This document shows positions 10,089 to 19,672 of a DNA stretch of 64,000 nucleotides, piece by piece. The stretch lies in assembly GCF_002087085.1 (NCBI RefSeq), contig NZ_MWQY01000002.1, positions 1 through 64,000 on the forward strand, given 5' to 3'. Numbering within the stretch: position 1 is the first letter of the stretch; every line of letters begins with the position of its first letter. Under the pieces are notes generated by a model. That model worked only from the letters and a program-made list of their open reading frames with translations, did no database searches and was not told the DNA's origin. The position numbers and the translations under genes are program-made.

Positions 10089-11438
10089 ATGAACATTCTT
10101 GGAGTCGACATCGGTACCACCTCGATGAAAATGGGGGTTTTTACCACCGATAAGGACGGAAATCTTGAACAGGTGCGGGAGTATTCGGAATCCTATCCCG
10201 TAAATGTCTACAACAACGGTACCTTCGGGGATATCGAGCAGGAAAAATGGGAGAAGGCCTTCCGCAACGGCTGCCGGCAAATGGCGGACCTGATGGGGGG
10301 AATCGACGCGGTATCCCTTTCCGGTACGACCCCGGGCTTAAGCGCCATGGACGCCGATGGAAAAGCGACCTATCCGGCCATCCTGATGCTGGACCAGAGA
10401 TCCCGCAAGCAGGCCGCCGATATCATCCGGACCGTTGGTCTTCAGAAAATTCTGGATGAAACCTCCAATATGCCGGTCGCCGGAGGCTGTTCCCTGGCGA
10501 GTATCCTGTGGATCAAGGAAAACGAACCGGAGGCCTACGAAAAGTCCGTATGCTTCGGCCATTCCAACACCTACATAGCAAAATGGCTCACCGGCTCCTT
10601 CGCCATCGATCCCTCCTCCGCCTCCCTGAGCGCCCTGTACAATACAGTACGGAACGATCTTACCTGGAACAAGGAGATCGCCTCGGCCTTCGGGTTGTCC
10701 GTCGACCGCCTGCCGAAGGTTATTCACTCCTATGACAGCGCAGGAAACGTCAAGGCGGACCTTGCAGCGGAACTGGGTATGACCAAAAAGCCCCCGGTAA
10801 TAATCGGCGGAAACGACGCGGTACTGGCGGCCTACGACGCCGGGGTAAACGAACCGGGTCAGATGATCAATGTCAACGGTACCTGCGAGATCAGCCTTGT
10901 CTGTCTGCCCAAATGTTACCCCTCCACGGAATACAATATACGGGCCCATGTGCTTCCCGACCGCTGGCTTACCCTCTACGTCATGAACGCAGGAGGCAAG
11001 GCTTTTGAGTGGTTCCAGCAGCTCTTCTGCTCCGAGATGACCCCCGACCAGTTCTGGTCGGACTTTATGCCCGTCGCCATGGAGAAATGGCTGACCCGGG
11101 AGAGCAATGTACGCTACACCCCCTATCTGATGGGATCCCGTTACTCCCTGGAACCCCTGAAAGCCGAGTTTACCGGCATGAACCAGGAATCCGACCGGGA
11201 AGAACTCCTTGCAGCCATGGTCCGGGGTCTCTGCGAATATCAGCGGGAGCACCTCAAGGAGATCTCCCTGGAGATCCCCATTTCAAAGGAGATCTTCGTA
11301 ACCGGCGGTGCGGTTAACGACATTCTGATTGAAGCAAAAAAACAGTGGATGCGGGACAGCAGCTACGTCTATCGTGACCAGTCCTCCCTTCGCGGAGCGG
11401 CCCTTCTGGCCCGCAAGCACCTCGAAGGTGAACTGTGA
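10089..11438 (+). CDS. FGGY-family carbohydrate kinase
   Basis: LGVDIGTTSMK, LDQRS, GGND, TGGA motifs. Confidence 0.88.
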   Translation: MNILGVDIGTTSMKMGVFTTDKDGNLEQVREYSESYPVNVYNNGTFGDIEQEKWEKAFRNGCRQMADLMGGIDAVSLSGTTPGLSAMDADGKATYPAILMLDQRSRKQAADIIRTVGLQKILDETSNMPVAGGCSLASILWIKENEPEAYEKSVCFGHSNTYIAKWLTGSFAIDPSSASLSALYNTVRNDLTWNKEIASAFGLSVDRLPKVIHSYDSAGNVKADLAAELGMTKKPPVIIGGNDAVLAAYDAGVNEPGQMINVNGTCEISLVCLPKCYPSTEYNIRAHVLPDRWLTLYVMNAGGKAFEWFQQLFCSEMTPDQFWSDFMPVAMEKWLTRESNVRYTPYLMGSRYSLEPLKAEFTGMNQESDREELLAAMVRGLCEYQREHLKEISLEIPISKEIFVTGGAVNDILIEAKKQWMRDSSYVYRDQSSLRGAALLARKHLEGEL

Positions 11439-12184
11439 GTGTGGCAGGCAAAACCGTCCTTGTAACCGGGGCGGGAGCCAATATCGGCCGGGCGATAGCT
11501 GAACTTTTCGCCCGGCAGGGGGCCCGGGTGGCCATAACCACCCGATCCAATGCCGGGGGAGGAGAAGCCGCCGCGGAGGCTGTTCGCCGACAGGGCGGAG
11601 AAGCCCTCTTTTTCGCTGCCGACCTGACCGACGAAAACCAGGTTGACCAGCTTTTCCGCCGCGTGGAACAGAGCTTCGGTCCCGTGGAGGTGCTTATCAA
11701 CAACGCCGGCGCGGCCCTTCCCACCCCCTTTCTCGACTCCGAAGTCAGCCAGTGGCGGAATGTTTTCGAGATCAACTTTTTTACCGCCCTGAACTGCTCC
11801 CGCCGGGCAGCCCCTGGAATGATCGACAAAGGCAAAGGGTCAATAATCAATACCGTCTCGGTCCGGGGTTTCGACCATACCGGCCGGGAGGGGATTATGG
11901 CCTACTCCGCGGCCAAGGCTGCCCTGATCAATTTTACCAAGACCCTGGCCAAAGAGCTTGCACCTGGGATCTGCGTAAATGCGGTATCCCCCGGTTTTGT
12001 CCTTACCTCCGCTTACGACACGGCGCCGGAGGAGGTAAAGAAGGGCTTTATCGAATCCACAATGATCAAACGCTGGATACAGCCGGAGGAACTGGCGGAA
12101 GCATACCTCTACCTTGCCGGTCAATCTGCAGCAACCGGGACAGTCCTCGGTGTCGACGGCGGCTTTCTGCTCAAACAGGCCTGA
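11435..12184 (+). CDS. Short-chain dehydrogenase/reductase
   Basis: TGAGANIG, NNAG, YSAAK; GTGA overlap. Confidence 0.9.
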   Translation: MSVAGKTVLVTGAGANIGRAIAELFARQGARVAITTRSNAGGGEAAAEAVRRQGGEALFFAADLTDENQVDQLFRRVEQSFGPVEVLINNAGAALPTPFLDSEVSQWRNVFEINFFTALNCSRRAAPGMIDKGKGSIINTVSVRGFDHTGREGIMAYSAAKAALINFTKTLAKELAPGICVNAVSPGFVLTSAYDTAPEEVKKGFIESTMIKRWIQPEELAEAYLYLAGQSAATGTVLGVDGGFLLKQA

Positions 12185-12190
12185 GACGCC

Positions 12191-12220
12191 CTGCCTCCCC
12201 TGACCTCATGGGGAGGCAGG
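12191..12220 (+). terminator. GC-rich stem-loop ending the transaldolase/transketolase operon
   Basis: CTGCCTCCCC-loop-GGGGAGGCAG; lacks a clear U-tract. Confidence 0.5.
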
Positions 12221-12221
12221 C

Positions 12222-12269
12222 TTGCACACTTCAGTTTTGTACGATATCATACAATTGGAACGATTCAAT
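12222..12269 (+). promoter_or_regulatory. Sigma70 promoter plus LacI-type operator
   Basis: TTGCAC (12222)-N17-TATCAT (12245); ATTGGAACGATTCAAT at 12254-12269. Confidence 0.75.
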
Positions 12270-12291
12270 AACCACATTTCTGGAGTTTTTA

Positions 12292-13026
12292 ATGGCGAAA
12301 AAGATAATTATAACCGGTGCCAGTACCGGAATCGGGGCTGAGACTTCCCGTATGCTGGCCCCGGGAAACGAAATCATTGTACACTACTACTCTTCCAAAG
12401 GTCCGGCGGAAGCCGTTGCCGCGGATATCGAAAAAGCGGGAGGAAAGGCCCACCTGCTTCAGGCTGACCTTTCAAAATCCGATGAATGCGAACGCTTTGT
12501 CGCTGAATGCGCCAAACTGTTCCCCGTTGTGGATGTCCTGGTCAACAATGCCGGCGGTCTTATTCGGCGCCAGCCGATAAACGAACTGGACTGGGATTTC
12601 ATGATCGAAACCTTCGCCCTGAATACCTTTTCCACCATGAAGGTTACCTCCCTCTGCGTACCCCTGCTGGAAAAGGCGGAAGATCCGGTTATCATCAACA
12701 TGACCTCCATTGCCATGCGCCACGGTGCCCCCTCCGCCACCCTCTACGGAGCATCCAAGGGAGCCCTGGATACCTTTACCCGCGGGGCCGCCACGGAGCT
12801 GGCACCGAAGAAGATACGGGTAAATGCGGTAGCCCCGGGAGTCATCGAAACCCCCTTCCACGAAAAGGTCTCCACCCCGGAAAAGATGAAGAGCTTCAAG
12901 GAGAATACGCCCCTTAAGCGGAACGGCCGGGCCCGGCATATCGCCCAGGCTGTCAAGTATCTTATCGAGAACGACTTCATGACCGGCGCGACGGTGGATG
13001 TAAACGGCGGGCTGTTCATGTACTAG
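12292..13026 (+). CDS. Short-chain dehydrogenase/reductase
   Basis: TGASTGIG, NNAG, YGASK; start at MAKK after GGAG. Confidence 0.9.
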   Translation: MAKKIIITGASTGIGAETSRMLAPGNEIIVHYYSSKGPAEAVAADIEKAGGKAHLLQADLSKSDECERFVAECAKLFPVVDVLVNNAGGLIRRQPINELDWDFMIETFALNTFSTMKVTSLCVPLLEKAEDPVIINMTSIAMRHGAPSATLYGASKGALDTFTRGAATELAPKKIRVNAVAPGVIETPFHEKVSTPEKMKSFKENTPLKRNGRARHIAQAVKYLIENDFMTGATVDVNGGLFMY

Positions 13027-13064
13027 GGGTCAGTACAGACCGTAAAAAGCCATCGGCGGCAGTA

Positions 13065-14132
13065 TCAGGCGCCGATGGTTTTTTTTTGCCCCGGGTTCAA
13101 CTTTTCGGCGGTTCCGCAGGACTCCCGTATCGCAAGCCGGGGAGTTATCAGTATCCGTTCCGGGGTTCCCGGATTCTCAATCAGTTGCAGAAGAAAACCC
13201 GCCGCCCTCCGGGCTATGAGTTCCGGAGGAATGGCAATGGTGGAGAGGGAGGGAGTCCACAGCCTGGCTTCGGAGATATCGTCGAAACCAATGACGCCGA
13301 AATTCCGCCCCGGCTGAATACCCTTTGATCGCAGCCCCAGCATGACCCCCAGGGCTATAATGTCATTATAGCAGAAGGCCGCCGTGGGAGGATCGGGACG
13401 GGACACCAGTTCCCGAATGGCCGCGTAACCTCCCCAGCGGCTCCCCTGGGCGGTGACCATTAATTCCGGATCCGGGCTGTAACCATACTTGTCAAAGGCG
13501 ATCCGGAATCCCTCCAGCCGCTCAGGCCGGGGCGACGAGCCGTCCTCGCCTCCCACAAAAGCGATTCGCCTGTGGCCTGCCGCAAGCAGACGTTCCACCG
13601 CCATGGTCGTACCCACGACGTTATCGGCGCCCACATAATTCCCCGGATAATCGCTGAGATAGCGGTTTATAAATACCGAAGGAACATTACTGTTGACCAG
13701 AGGACCCAGATCTTCCCGGGTGGAAAACCTGGCGGGACTGATAAGCAGCCCCTCCACATTATGTTCGAGGAGGGTGGAGATGGCCTTTCTCTGACGTTCC
13801 GGGCTCTCGGTCGTATTGGCGAGCATAACGACGATTCCCTCCGGTTCGAGACACTCCTCTATTACCGGCACCAGCTCGGCAAAGAAGGGGTTACCCAGAT
13901 CATTGATGAGGACCCCGACAATAAAGGAGCGGCTGGTCCGCAGGTTGGCGGCGGTACGATTGTAGACATATCCAAGGGATTCGCTTGCCGCTTTTACCAG
14001 GGCCGCGGTCTCCTTCGTTATAAGGGGGCTGTTTTTCAGCACAAGAGAGACCGTCGACTTTGAGACCCCCGCCTCCCGGGCGATATCCTTGATCGTCACC
14101 CTTCTCTTGGTTTTTCCTGTCTGCCGGTTCAC
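13065..14132 (-). CDS. LacI-family transcriptional regulator
   Basis: VTIKDIAREAGVSKSTVS HTH, YNDIIALG, GFDD. Confidence 0.93.
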   Translation of the reverse strand: MNRQTGKTKRRVTIKDIAREAGVSKSTVSLVLKNSPLITKETAALVKAASESLGYVYNRTAANLRTSRSFIVGVLINDLGNPFFAELVPVIEECLEPEGIVVMLANTTESPERQRKAISTLLEHNVEGLLISPARFSTREDLGPLVNSNVPSVFINRYLSDYPGNYVGADNVVGTTMAVERLLAAGHRRIAFVGGEDGSSPRPERLEGFRIAFDKYGYSPDPELMVTAQGSRWGGYAAIRELVSRPDPPTAAFCYNDIIALGVMLGLRSKGIQPGRNFGVIGFDDISEARLWTPSLSTIAIPPELIARRAAGFLLQLIENPGTPERILITPRLAIRESCGTAEKLNPGQKKTIGA

Positions 14133-14153
14133 CCTACAAATACCTTCTTTGAA

Positions 14154-14169
14154 ATTGGAACGGTGTAAT
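14154..14169. promoter_or_regulatory. Degenerate LacI-type operator upstream of lacI (autoregulation)
   Basis: ATTGGAACGGTGTAAT, 13/16 identical to the 12254 site. Confidence 0.55.
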
Positions 14170-14280
14170 TCTATGCTCCCATAAGCGAACTGTCAATAAA
14201 TAAAAAACCCAACTTGAACACATTATCCGGAAGCTTAAACTAAAAATAGTACAAAATTGCAGTACTGAAAAACAATTTTC

Positions 14281-14329
14281 TTGACAGCAACCAAAACCCC
14301 TGCTATCGTTTTCATTGAATCGTTCCAAT
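14281..14329 (+). promoter_or_regulatory. Sigma70 promoter plus LacI-type operator of the radical-enzyme operon
   Basis: TTGACA (14281)-N17-TATCGT (14304) with extended TG; ATTGAATCGTTCCAAT at 14314-14329 is the exact reverse complement of the 12254 site. Confidence 0.78.
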
Positions 14330-14378
14330 CCAATGCACGAAAGAACTGTGCACGGAAAAATTAACAGGAGGACTATTC

Positions 14379-15392
14379 ATGAAAAAGATTGTTGGACTGA
14401 CTCTCGCACTGATGCTGATCTTCAGCCTTGCTTCCTTTGCGGAAGGCGGAAAAGAGAGCGGAACACCTGAGTCCATTACTCTCGTCGGCGGCGTCATGCT
14501 TCCCAAGGGACATGTATACTATCAGGCAATGGAAAAGTTTGTTGAGCTCCTCGATGAGTACTACACCGGTCCCATCGAACTGAAGTACGAACTTCACCAC
14601 TCCGGCTCCATCGGAACCGAAAAGGACATGTTCGAGTTCATGATGCAGGGAGTTTCCGTAGACTTTGCGGTTGTATCCCCCGCGTGGGCCGCAACCTGGG
14701 ACAAAACAGCCCCCATCATCGACGCACCCTTCCTTTTCAGGAGCATCGAGCACTGGGAACAGTCCCTTGAAGCCGGCGCCCTCGACTCTATCGCGGAAAC
14801 CATTCGGAAAAAAGGCGTCCGTTTCATCGGTTACGGCGGAGGCGGAGCCCGCAGCCTGATCCTGAATCAGCCGGTCAGCAGCCTCGAAGACTTCGGCAAG
14901 ATCGACCTGCGGGTCCAGGGTTCCCCCCTGCACGCCGCGGTATTCGGCGCCATCGGCCTGAACCCCACTCCCCTGGACTATACCGAGGTATATAACGCCA
15001 TAAAAACCGGTGTTGTCGACGGTCTCGAGAACGAACCCGCCGGACTTGAGGGCATGAAATTCTACGAGGTCGCTCCCTACTATGCTCTTTCCGAGCATCA
15101 GATCACCACCCGTATCCTCTGCTTCTCCGAGTCTAGACTTCAGAGCTTTCCCCAGGACCTGCAGGATGCCATTATAAAGGCCGGACTCGACGCCGGACGC
15201 TGGCACCGCAAGGCGGAAGTGGCTCTGGGACAGCAGATCATAGACAAACTGGTAGCCGGCCATGGCCTCAAGGTAATCGAGTTTACCAAAGCGCAGAAAG
15301 ACGAGATGGCCCGCAGGGCAATGCCGGAAGTAATGAAGTACGCCGAAGAAGTCGGTGCCACCGATATCGTCGAAACAATCCAGAATCTCTAG
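14379..15392 (+). CDS. dctP: TRAP substrate-binding protein
   Basis: Signal peptide, DLRVQ, EVYNAIKTGVVDGLENE. Confidence 0.9.
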   Translation: MKKIVGLTLALMLIFSLASFAEGGKESGTPESITLVGGVMLPKGHVYYQAMEKFVELLDEYYTGPIELKYELHHSGSIGTEKDMFEFMMQGVSVDFAVVSPAWAATWDKTAPIIDAPFLFRSIEHWEQSLEAGALDSIAETIRKKGVRFIGYGGGGARSLILNQPVSSLEDFGKIDLRVQGSPLHAAVFGAIGLNPTPLDYTEVYNAIKTGVVDGLENEPAGLEGMKFYEVAPYYALSEHQITTRILCFSESRLQSFPQDLQDAIIKAGLDAGRWHRKAEVALGQQIIDKLVAGHGLKVIEFTKAQKDEMARRAMPEVMKYAEEVGATDIVETIQNL

Positions 15393-15415
15393 AGATTAAG
15401 CTTTTCACCTTACCC

Positions 15416-15443
15416 GCAGGCCGGAGGACTCCGGCCTGCTTTT
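15416..15443 (+). terminator. Stem-loop after dctP
   Basis: GCAGGCCGGA-GGAC-TCCGGCCTGC-TTTT. Confidence 0.65.
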
Positions 15444-15467
15444 CCATTAATTCAGAGGAGCAAACCG

Positions 15468-16025
15468 ATGCCCTTGAAACTGTTTGATCTGTACGCGAAA
15501 TTCCTTATCCGCGTAATGATTGTCCTGATGTTCATCCTGCTGGGCGCCGTCGCCCTGACTGTTGCAGGCCGCTACATACCCTTTATTCCCCGCTTCCTGT
15601 GGACCCTGGAAGTCACCAACATATCCCTTATCTGGATGGTTTTTGTGGGCTCGGTAGTCGGCCTCAGGGAATCCCGGCACTTCTACATCGATATCTTCGC
15701 CGGCGGAGTCCCTCCATGGTTCGAAATGTTTCTAAAAATTCTCAACTATTTTGTTACGCTGACTGTCACCTATGTATTTGTCCGTTACGGATACCGCTTT
15801 TTTATGCAGTGGGGACTGATCCAGACCTCTGAGCTTACCGGTATAAATCTTGGTTTTCTCTATGCCTCGGTCCCCTTTGCCGGCGTATCATGGCTGATAT
15901 TCTTGATTGAGAGGTTTTACCACGACTTTATAAAAAAGGACCAGACGGAAGAACACCACATGGCCGATTCCTACCAGGTCCATCACGAAGATGAAGACAC
16001 TAAAGAAGGAGAAACGGACAAATGA
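15468..16025 (+). CDS. dctQ: TRAP small permease
   Basis: Four TM segments, WTLEV, RHFYID; lies between dctP and dctM. Confidence 0.85.
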   Translation: MPLKLFDLYAKFLIRVMIVLMFILLGAVALTVAGRYIPFIPRFLWTLEVTNISLIWMVFVGSVVGLRESRHFYIDIFAGGVPPWFEMFLKILNYFVTLTVTYVFVRYGYRFFMQWGLIQTSELTGINLGFLYASVPFAGVSWLIFLIERFYHDFIKKDQTEEHHMADSYQVHHEDEDTKEGETDK

Positions 16026-17326
16026 CAGCTGGAACAGTCGCCGCGATAATGTTCATACTGCTTATCGTCCTCATTATTTTACGCGTTCCGGTCAGTTTTA
16101 CCCTGGCCTTCGCCGTTGTACCTATTCTTTTGCTCACTCCCAGGGTCTCGCCGCTCATGCTGCTGCAGCGCATGATGGTTCAGTACGGGTCCTTTCTGCT
16201 ATTATCGATACCCTTCTTCTTACTGGCCGCTGTCATCATGAACGAGGCCAAGATCACCGACCGGCTGATCAGGTTCTCCCGCTCCATGGTGGGACCCCTT
16301 CCCGGCGGTCTTGGCCACGTTAATGTTGCGGTAAGTATGCTCTTTGCAGGTATCTCCGGTTCCTCCAATGCGGATGCCGCCGGTATCGGTTCCGTACTTA
16401 TTCCCGCCATGGAGAAAGAGGGCTACGACAAGAACTTCACCGTAGCCGTTACAGCCTGTTCGGCGGTAATGGGAAACATCATTCCCCCAAGTATTACCAT
16501 GGTTGTGTGGGGCGGGGTCATGAGTACCTCCGTTTCCGGGCTCTTTCTGGCCGGCTTTGTTCCCGGCGTAATGATCGCCCTCTTTCAGATGGCCCTGGTA
16601 CTCTACTTTGCCCTCAAGCGGGGATATCCCCGGGACGCGCGATTCAGCATAAAGGAATTTATTCAGAGCTTTCGCGGAGCAATCCTGGCCCTGGTTACAC
16701 CGCTGATTATCGTCGGCGGTATCGTCTTCGGAATCGTTACCCCCACCGAAGCTTCCATGGTGGCGGTTATCTACTCCCTTTTCCTGGGTATGTTCATCTA
16801 CAAAACCGTCTCCTTCAACAAGTTTGTCGGTCTCATGCTGGATACCGCCAAGCTGGCTTCCATCGTGCTCTTTGCCGTAGGAAGCGCCTCCATATACGGC
16901 TGGGTCCTGGCCTACTACAAAATCCCGAACTTCCTGGTTGACGTTCTCGGCGGTATTACGACCACACCCTCCCTGATGCTCATGATCTTTGTGGGAATTT
17001 TCCTGCTGGTGGGAACCTTCATGGACTCCGTTCCCGCCATCGTCATCCTCGGGCCCCTGCTCGCTCCCATTGCAGAGCATGTCGGGATACACCCCCTTCA
17101 CTTCGCCATCGTGGGAGTTGTCTCCCTGGCCTTCGGACTGGTAACCCCTCCCTACGGGCTCTGCCTGCTGATATCCAGCGAGATCGCCGGGATTAACGCC
17201 ATGCGTCCCCTCAAGGAGGTCGGACTCTTCCTGCTTTCCATGCTGGCGGTATTGCTTCTGATCATATTCTTTCCGTCCCTGACCCTGGCTATTCCCCAGG
17301 CCTTCATGCCGGAACTCTTTTTATAG
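16022..17326 (+). CDS. dctM: TRAP large permease
   Basis: SIPFFLLAA, GISGSSNADA, IIPPS, TPTEA, VTPPYG. Confidence 0.93.
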   Translation: MTAGTVAAIMFILLIVLIILRVPVSFTLAFAVVPILLLTPRVSPLMLLQRMMVQYGSFLLLSIPFFLLAAVIMNEAKITDRLIRFSRSMVGPLPGGLGHVNVAVSMLFAGISGSSNADAAGIGSVLIPAMEKEGYDKNFTVAVTACSAVMGNIIPPSITMVVWGGVMSTSVSGLFLAGFVPGVMIALFQMALVLYFALKRGYPRDARFSIKEFIQSFRGAILALVTPLIIVGGIVFGIVTPTEASMVAVIYSLFLGMFIYKTVSFNKFVGLMLDTAKLASIVLFAVGSASIYGWVLAYYKIPNFLVDVLGGITTTPSLMLMIFVGIFLLVGTFMDSVPAIVILGPLLAPIAEHVGIHPLHFAIVGVVSLAFGLVTPPYGLCLLISSEIAGINAMRPLKEVGLFLLSMLAVLLLIIFFPSLTLAIPQAFMPELFL

Positions 17327-17332
17327 ACTGTT

Positions 17333-18859
17333 ATGAAAGATAAAATACTGAGCGCCGAAGCCGCCGTCGCCCTCATAGGGGACGGCGCACGGGTTGCCCT
17401 CCACGGTTCGGGGGGCGGCATCTGTGAACCCACCCTGCTGTTGAAGAAGCTGGGAGAACGCTTTCAGAAAAACGGAAACCCAAAGGGAATAAGCATTGTC
17501 CATTCCACGGGCATAGGCAACAAGGAGGGCACCGGAATCGACCTTATCGCCTTTGCGGGCCTTGTCAAGCGTGACATTGCAGGACATTTCGGGATGTCCC
17601 CCAAAATGGGAGAGCTGATCCTGGGAAACCAGGTGGAGGCCTATAACTTTCCCCAGGGGGTACTCTCCCATATGTTTCACGCCGTGGCTGCCAGAACACC
17701 GGGGGTCATTACCAAGATAGGCCTCAACACCTACGTGGACCCGCGCCTCGAGGGCGGAAAGGCCAACGATCTCGCCACGGAAGACCTGGTAAAGGTCATA
17801 GAACTGGATGGCGAAGAGTGGCTCTTCTTCCCCCGCTTTGAGTTCGACTTTGCCTTTGTCCGGGGAACCACCGCCGACCTTAACGGAAATATAACCAATG
17901 AGGAAGACGGGCCCTTTCTGGAGGGGATGGCAATCGCCCAGGCAGTCAAAAACTGCGGAGGGACGGTTATAGCCCAGGTCAAGTATCTGGCTGAGAACGG
18001 AACCCTGGACCCGCAGCAGGTACGTATCCCGGGAATCTACGTCGATCATATCGTCGTGGATCCCGAACAGACCCAGACCTGTCTGCACAGCTACGAACCC
18101 TCCTTTGCCGGGAAGGTCCGGATTCCCCTTACAAGGATGGAACCCCTGTCCCTGGGACCGAAGAAGATTATTGCCCGGCGGGCGGCGAAGGAACTCTTCG
18201 AAGGAGCCATCGTAAACCTTGGATATGGCGCACCTGACGGAGTGGCAGCCGTGGCTTCCGAAGAAGGCATCCTGGACAAGTTTACCCTGACCGTCGAACA
18301 GGGATCCATCGGCGGACGTCCCGCGGGGGGCGTAGTCTTCGGCACCGCCTACAACCCGGAGGCCATAATTCCCATGGACGCCCAGTTCACATTCTACGAC
18401 GGCGGCGGGCTGGATCTGGCCTATCTTGGCATGGCCCAGGTCGATCAGCACGGGAACGTCAACTCCAGCCGGGTCGGACGCATGCTCGCAGGCTGCGGAG
18501 GCTTCATCAATATTACCCAGAACGCAAAAAAGGTGATCTTCTGCGGGACCTTTACTGCCAAGGGGCTCAAGTGCTCCGTGGGAGACGGCAAAATCAGCAT
18601 CGACCAGGAAGGTTCGGTACGGAAATTCGTGGACCGGGCGGCCCAGATCACCTTCAGCGGTGATTACGCCGGCAGCCTCGGACAGCCGGTACTCTATGTC
18701 ACGGAACGGGCGGTTTTTTCCCGCAGCCCGGAAGGGCTGATGCTGGAGGAGATTGCCCCGGGAGTCGACCTTGAACGGGACATTCTGGCACATATGGATT
18801 TCAAGCCCCTTATTTCACCGGATCTGAAAGAGATGGACCCGGACTTCTTCCGGGAGTGA
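17333..18859 (+). CDS. Family I acyl-CoA:carboxylate CoA-transferase (YdiF/propionate CoA-transferase-like, fused)
   Basis: EAYNFPQG, GLNTYVDPR, VNLGYG, catalytic TVEQG, GCGGFINITQ, YVTERAVF, EIAPGVD. Confidence 0.9.
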   Translation: MKDKILSAEAAVALIGDGARVALHGSGGGICEPTLLLKKLGERFQKNGNPKGISIVHSTGIGNKEGTGIDLIAFAGLVKRDIAGHFGMSPKMGELILGNQVEAYNFPQGVLSHMFHAVAARTPGVITKIGLNTYVDPRLEGGKANDLATEDLVKVIELDGEEWLFFPRFEFDFAFVRGTTADLNGNITNEEDGPFLEGMAIAQAVKNCGGTVIAQVKYLAENGTLDPQQVRIPGIYVDHIVVDPEQTQTCLHSYEPSFAGKVRIPLTRMEPLSLGPKKIIARRAAKELFEGAIVNLGYGAPDGVAAVASEEGILDKFTLTVEQGSIGGRPAGGVVFGTAYNPEAIIPMDAQFTFYDGGGLDLAYLGMAQVDQHGNVNSSRVGRMLAGCGGFINITQNAKKVIFCGTFTAKGLKCSVGDGKISIDQEGSVRKFVDRAAQITFSGDYAGSLGQPVLYVTERAVFSRSPEGLMLEEIAPGVDLERDILAHMDFKPLISPDLKEMDPDFFRE

Positions 18860-18869
18860 GGACCTTTTC

Positions 18870-19646
18870 ATGATTACCACTGTAAAAATCGAACTGCGCG
18901 CCCCGGTGGCGCGCATCATTTTCAGCGTTGATCCGCCGGGAAAACCCCCGGCGGTGGATTATGATGTTATCGACCAGCTGGAGGAGGCTGTAAAAGGTAT
19001 CGCCTCCGCAGGTCCCGATATTCGTCTGGTCCTTGTGGAGAGTTCGGAACCCAGATATTTTGTAGTCGGGGCCAACCTGAAGGCCCTGCAGCAGATCGAC
19101 AGCCAGAGTATCCGACCCTGGGTACGCCGGGGACACGATGTATTCAACATGCTGCAGGAACTGGAGCTTCCGGTCATCGCTGTTGTGCGCGGCTTTGCCG
19201 GCGGAGGCGGACTTGAGCTGGCCCTGGCCTGCGACTTTATCTATGCCGCCGATAATGCCCGTTTCGCCCTGCCGGAAGCAGGGCTGGGTCTTATTCCCGG
19301 CTGGGGAGGGAGTCACCGCCTTCCCTTAAGGATCGGCGCAGCCCGGGCCAAGGAGATGGCCTTCTCCGCCCGGCCGATCGATGCCGCAACTGCCTATGAC
19401 TGGGGACTGATCAACTGGTACGGACCGGAAGAGGAGCTTCAGCAAAAGCTCGAGGAGATCTCCGCAAGCATCAGCGCAAACAGCCGGATATCCGTGGCCA
19501 TGGAAAAACAGCTTATCAATTCCGCTGACAGTCCGGACAATCCCCGCATGAAATTCGAAGAGGCCGCCGCCTCCACCGCCGCCATGAGTTCCAGCGATAC
19601 CTCCCGCAGACTTGAGGAGTTTTTCGAAAAACGGCGGAAAAAATAG
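18870..19646 (+). CDS. Enoyl-CoA hydratase/isomerase (crotonase family)
   Basis: GGGGLELALACD and LPEAGLGLIPGWGG; both catalytic Glu present. Confidence 0.9.
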   Translation: MITTVKIELRAPVARIIFSVDPPGKPPAVDYDVIDQLEEAVKGIASAGPDIRLVLVESSEPRYFVVGANLKALQQIDSQSIRPWVRRGHDVFNMLQELELPVIAVVRGFAGGGGLELALACDFIYAADNARFALPEAGLGLIPGWGGSHRLPLRIGAARAKEMAFSARPIDAATAYDWGLINWYGPEEELQQKLEEISASISANSRISVAMEKQLINSADSPDNPRMKFEEAAASTAAMSSSDTSRRLEEFFEKRRKK

Positions 19647-19672
19647 CAGATTATCTACACAGGAGTCGCCTT

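Noticed and set aside
11752..12291. Long N-terminal extension of the second SDR
   Set aside because: Overlaps the preceding SDR in another frame and spans a hairpin, promoter and operator; the real start is 12292.
17321..18793. 490-aa antisense ORF
   Set aside because: Shadow of the CoA-transferase; no recognisable motifs.
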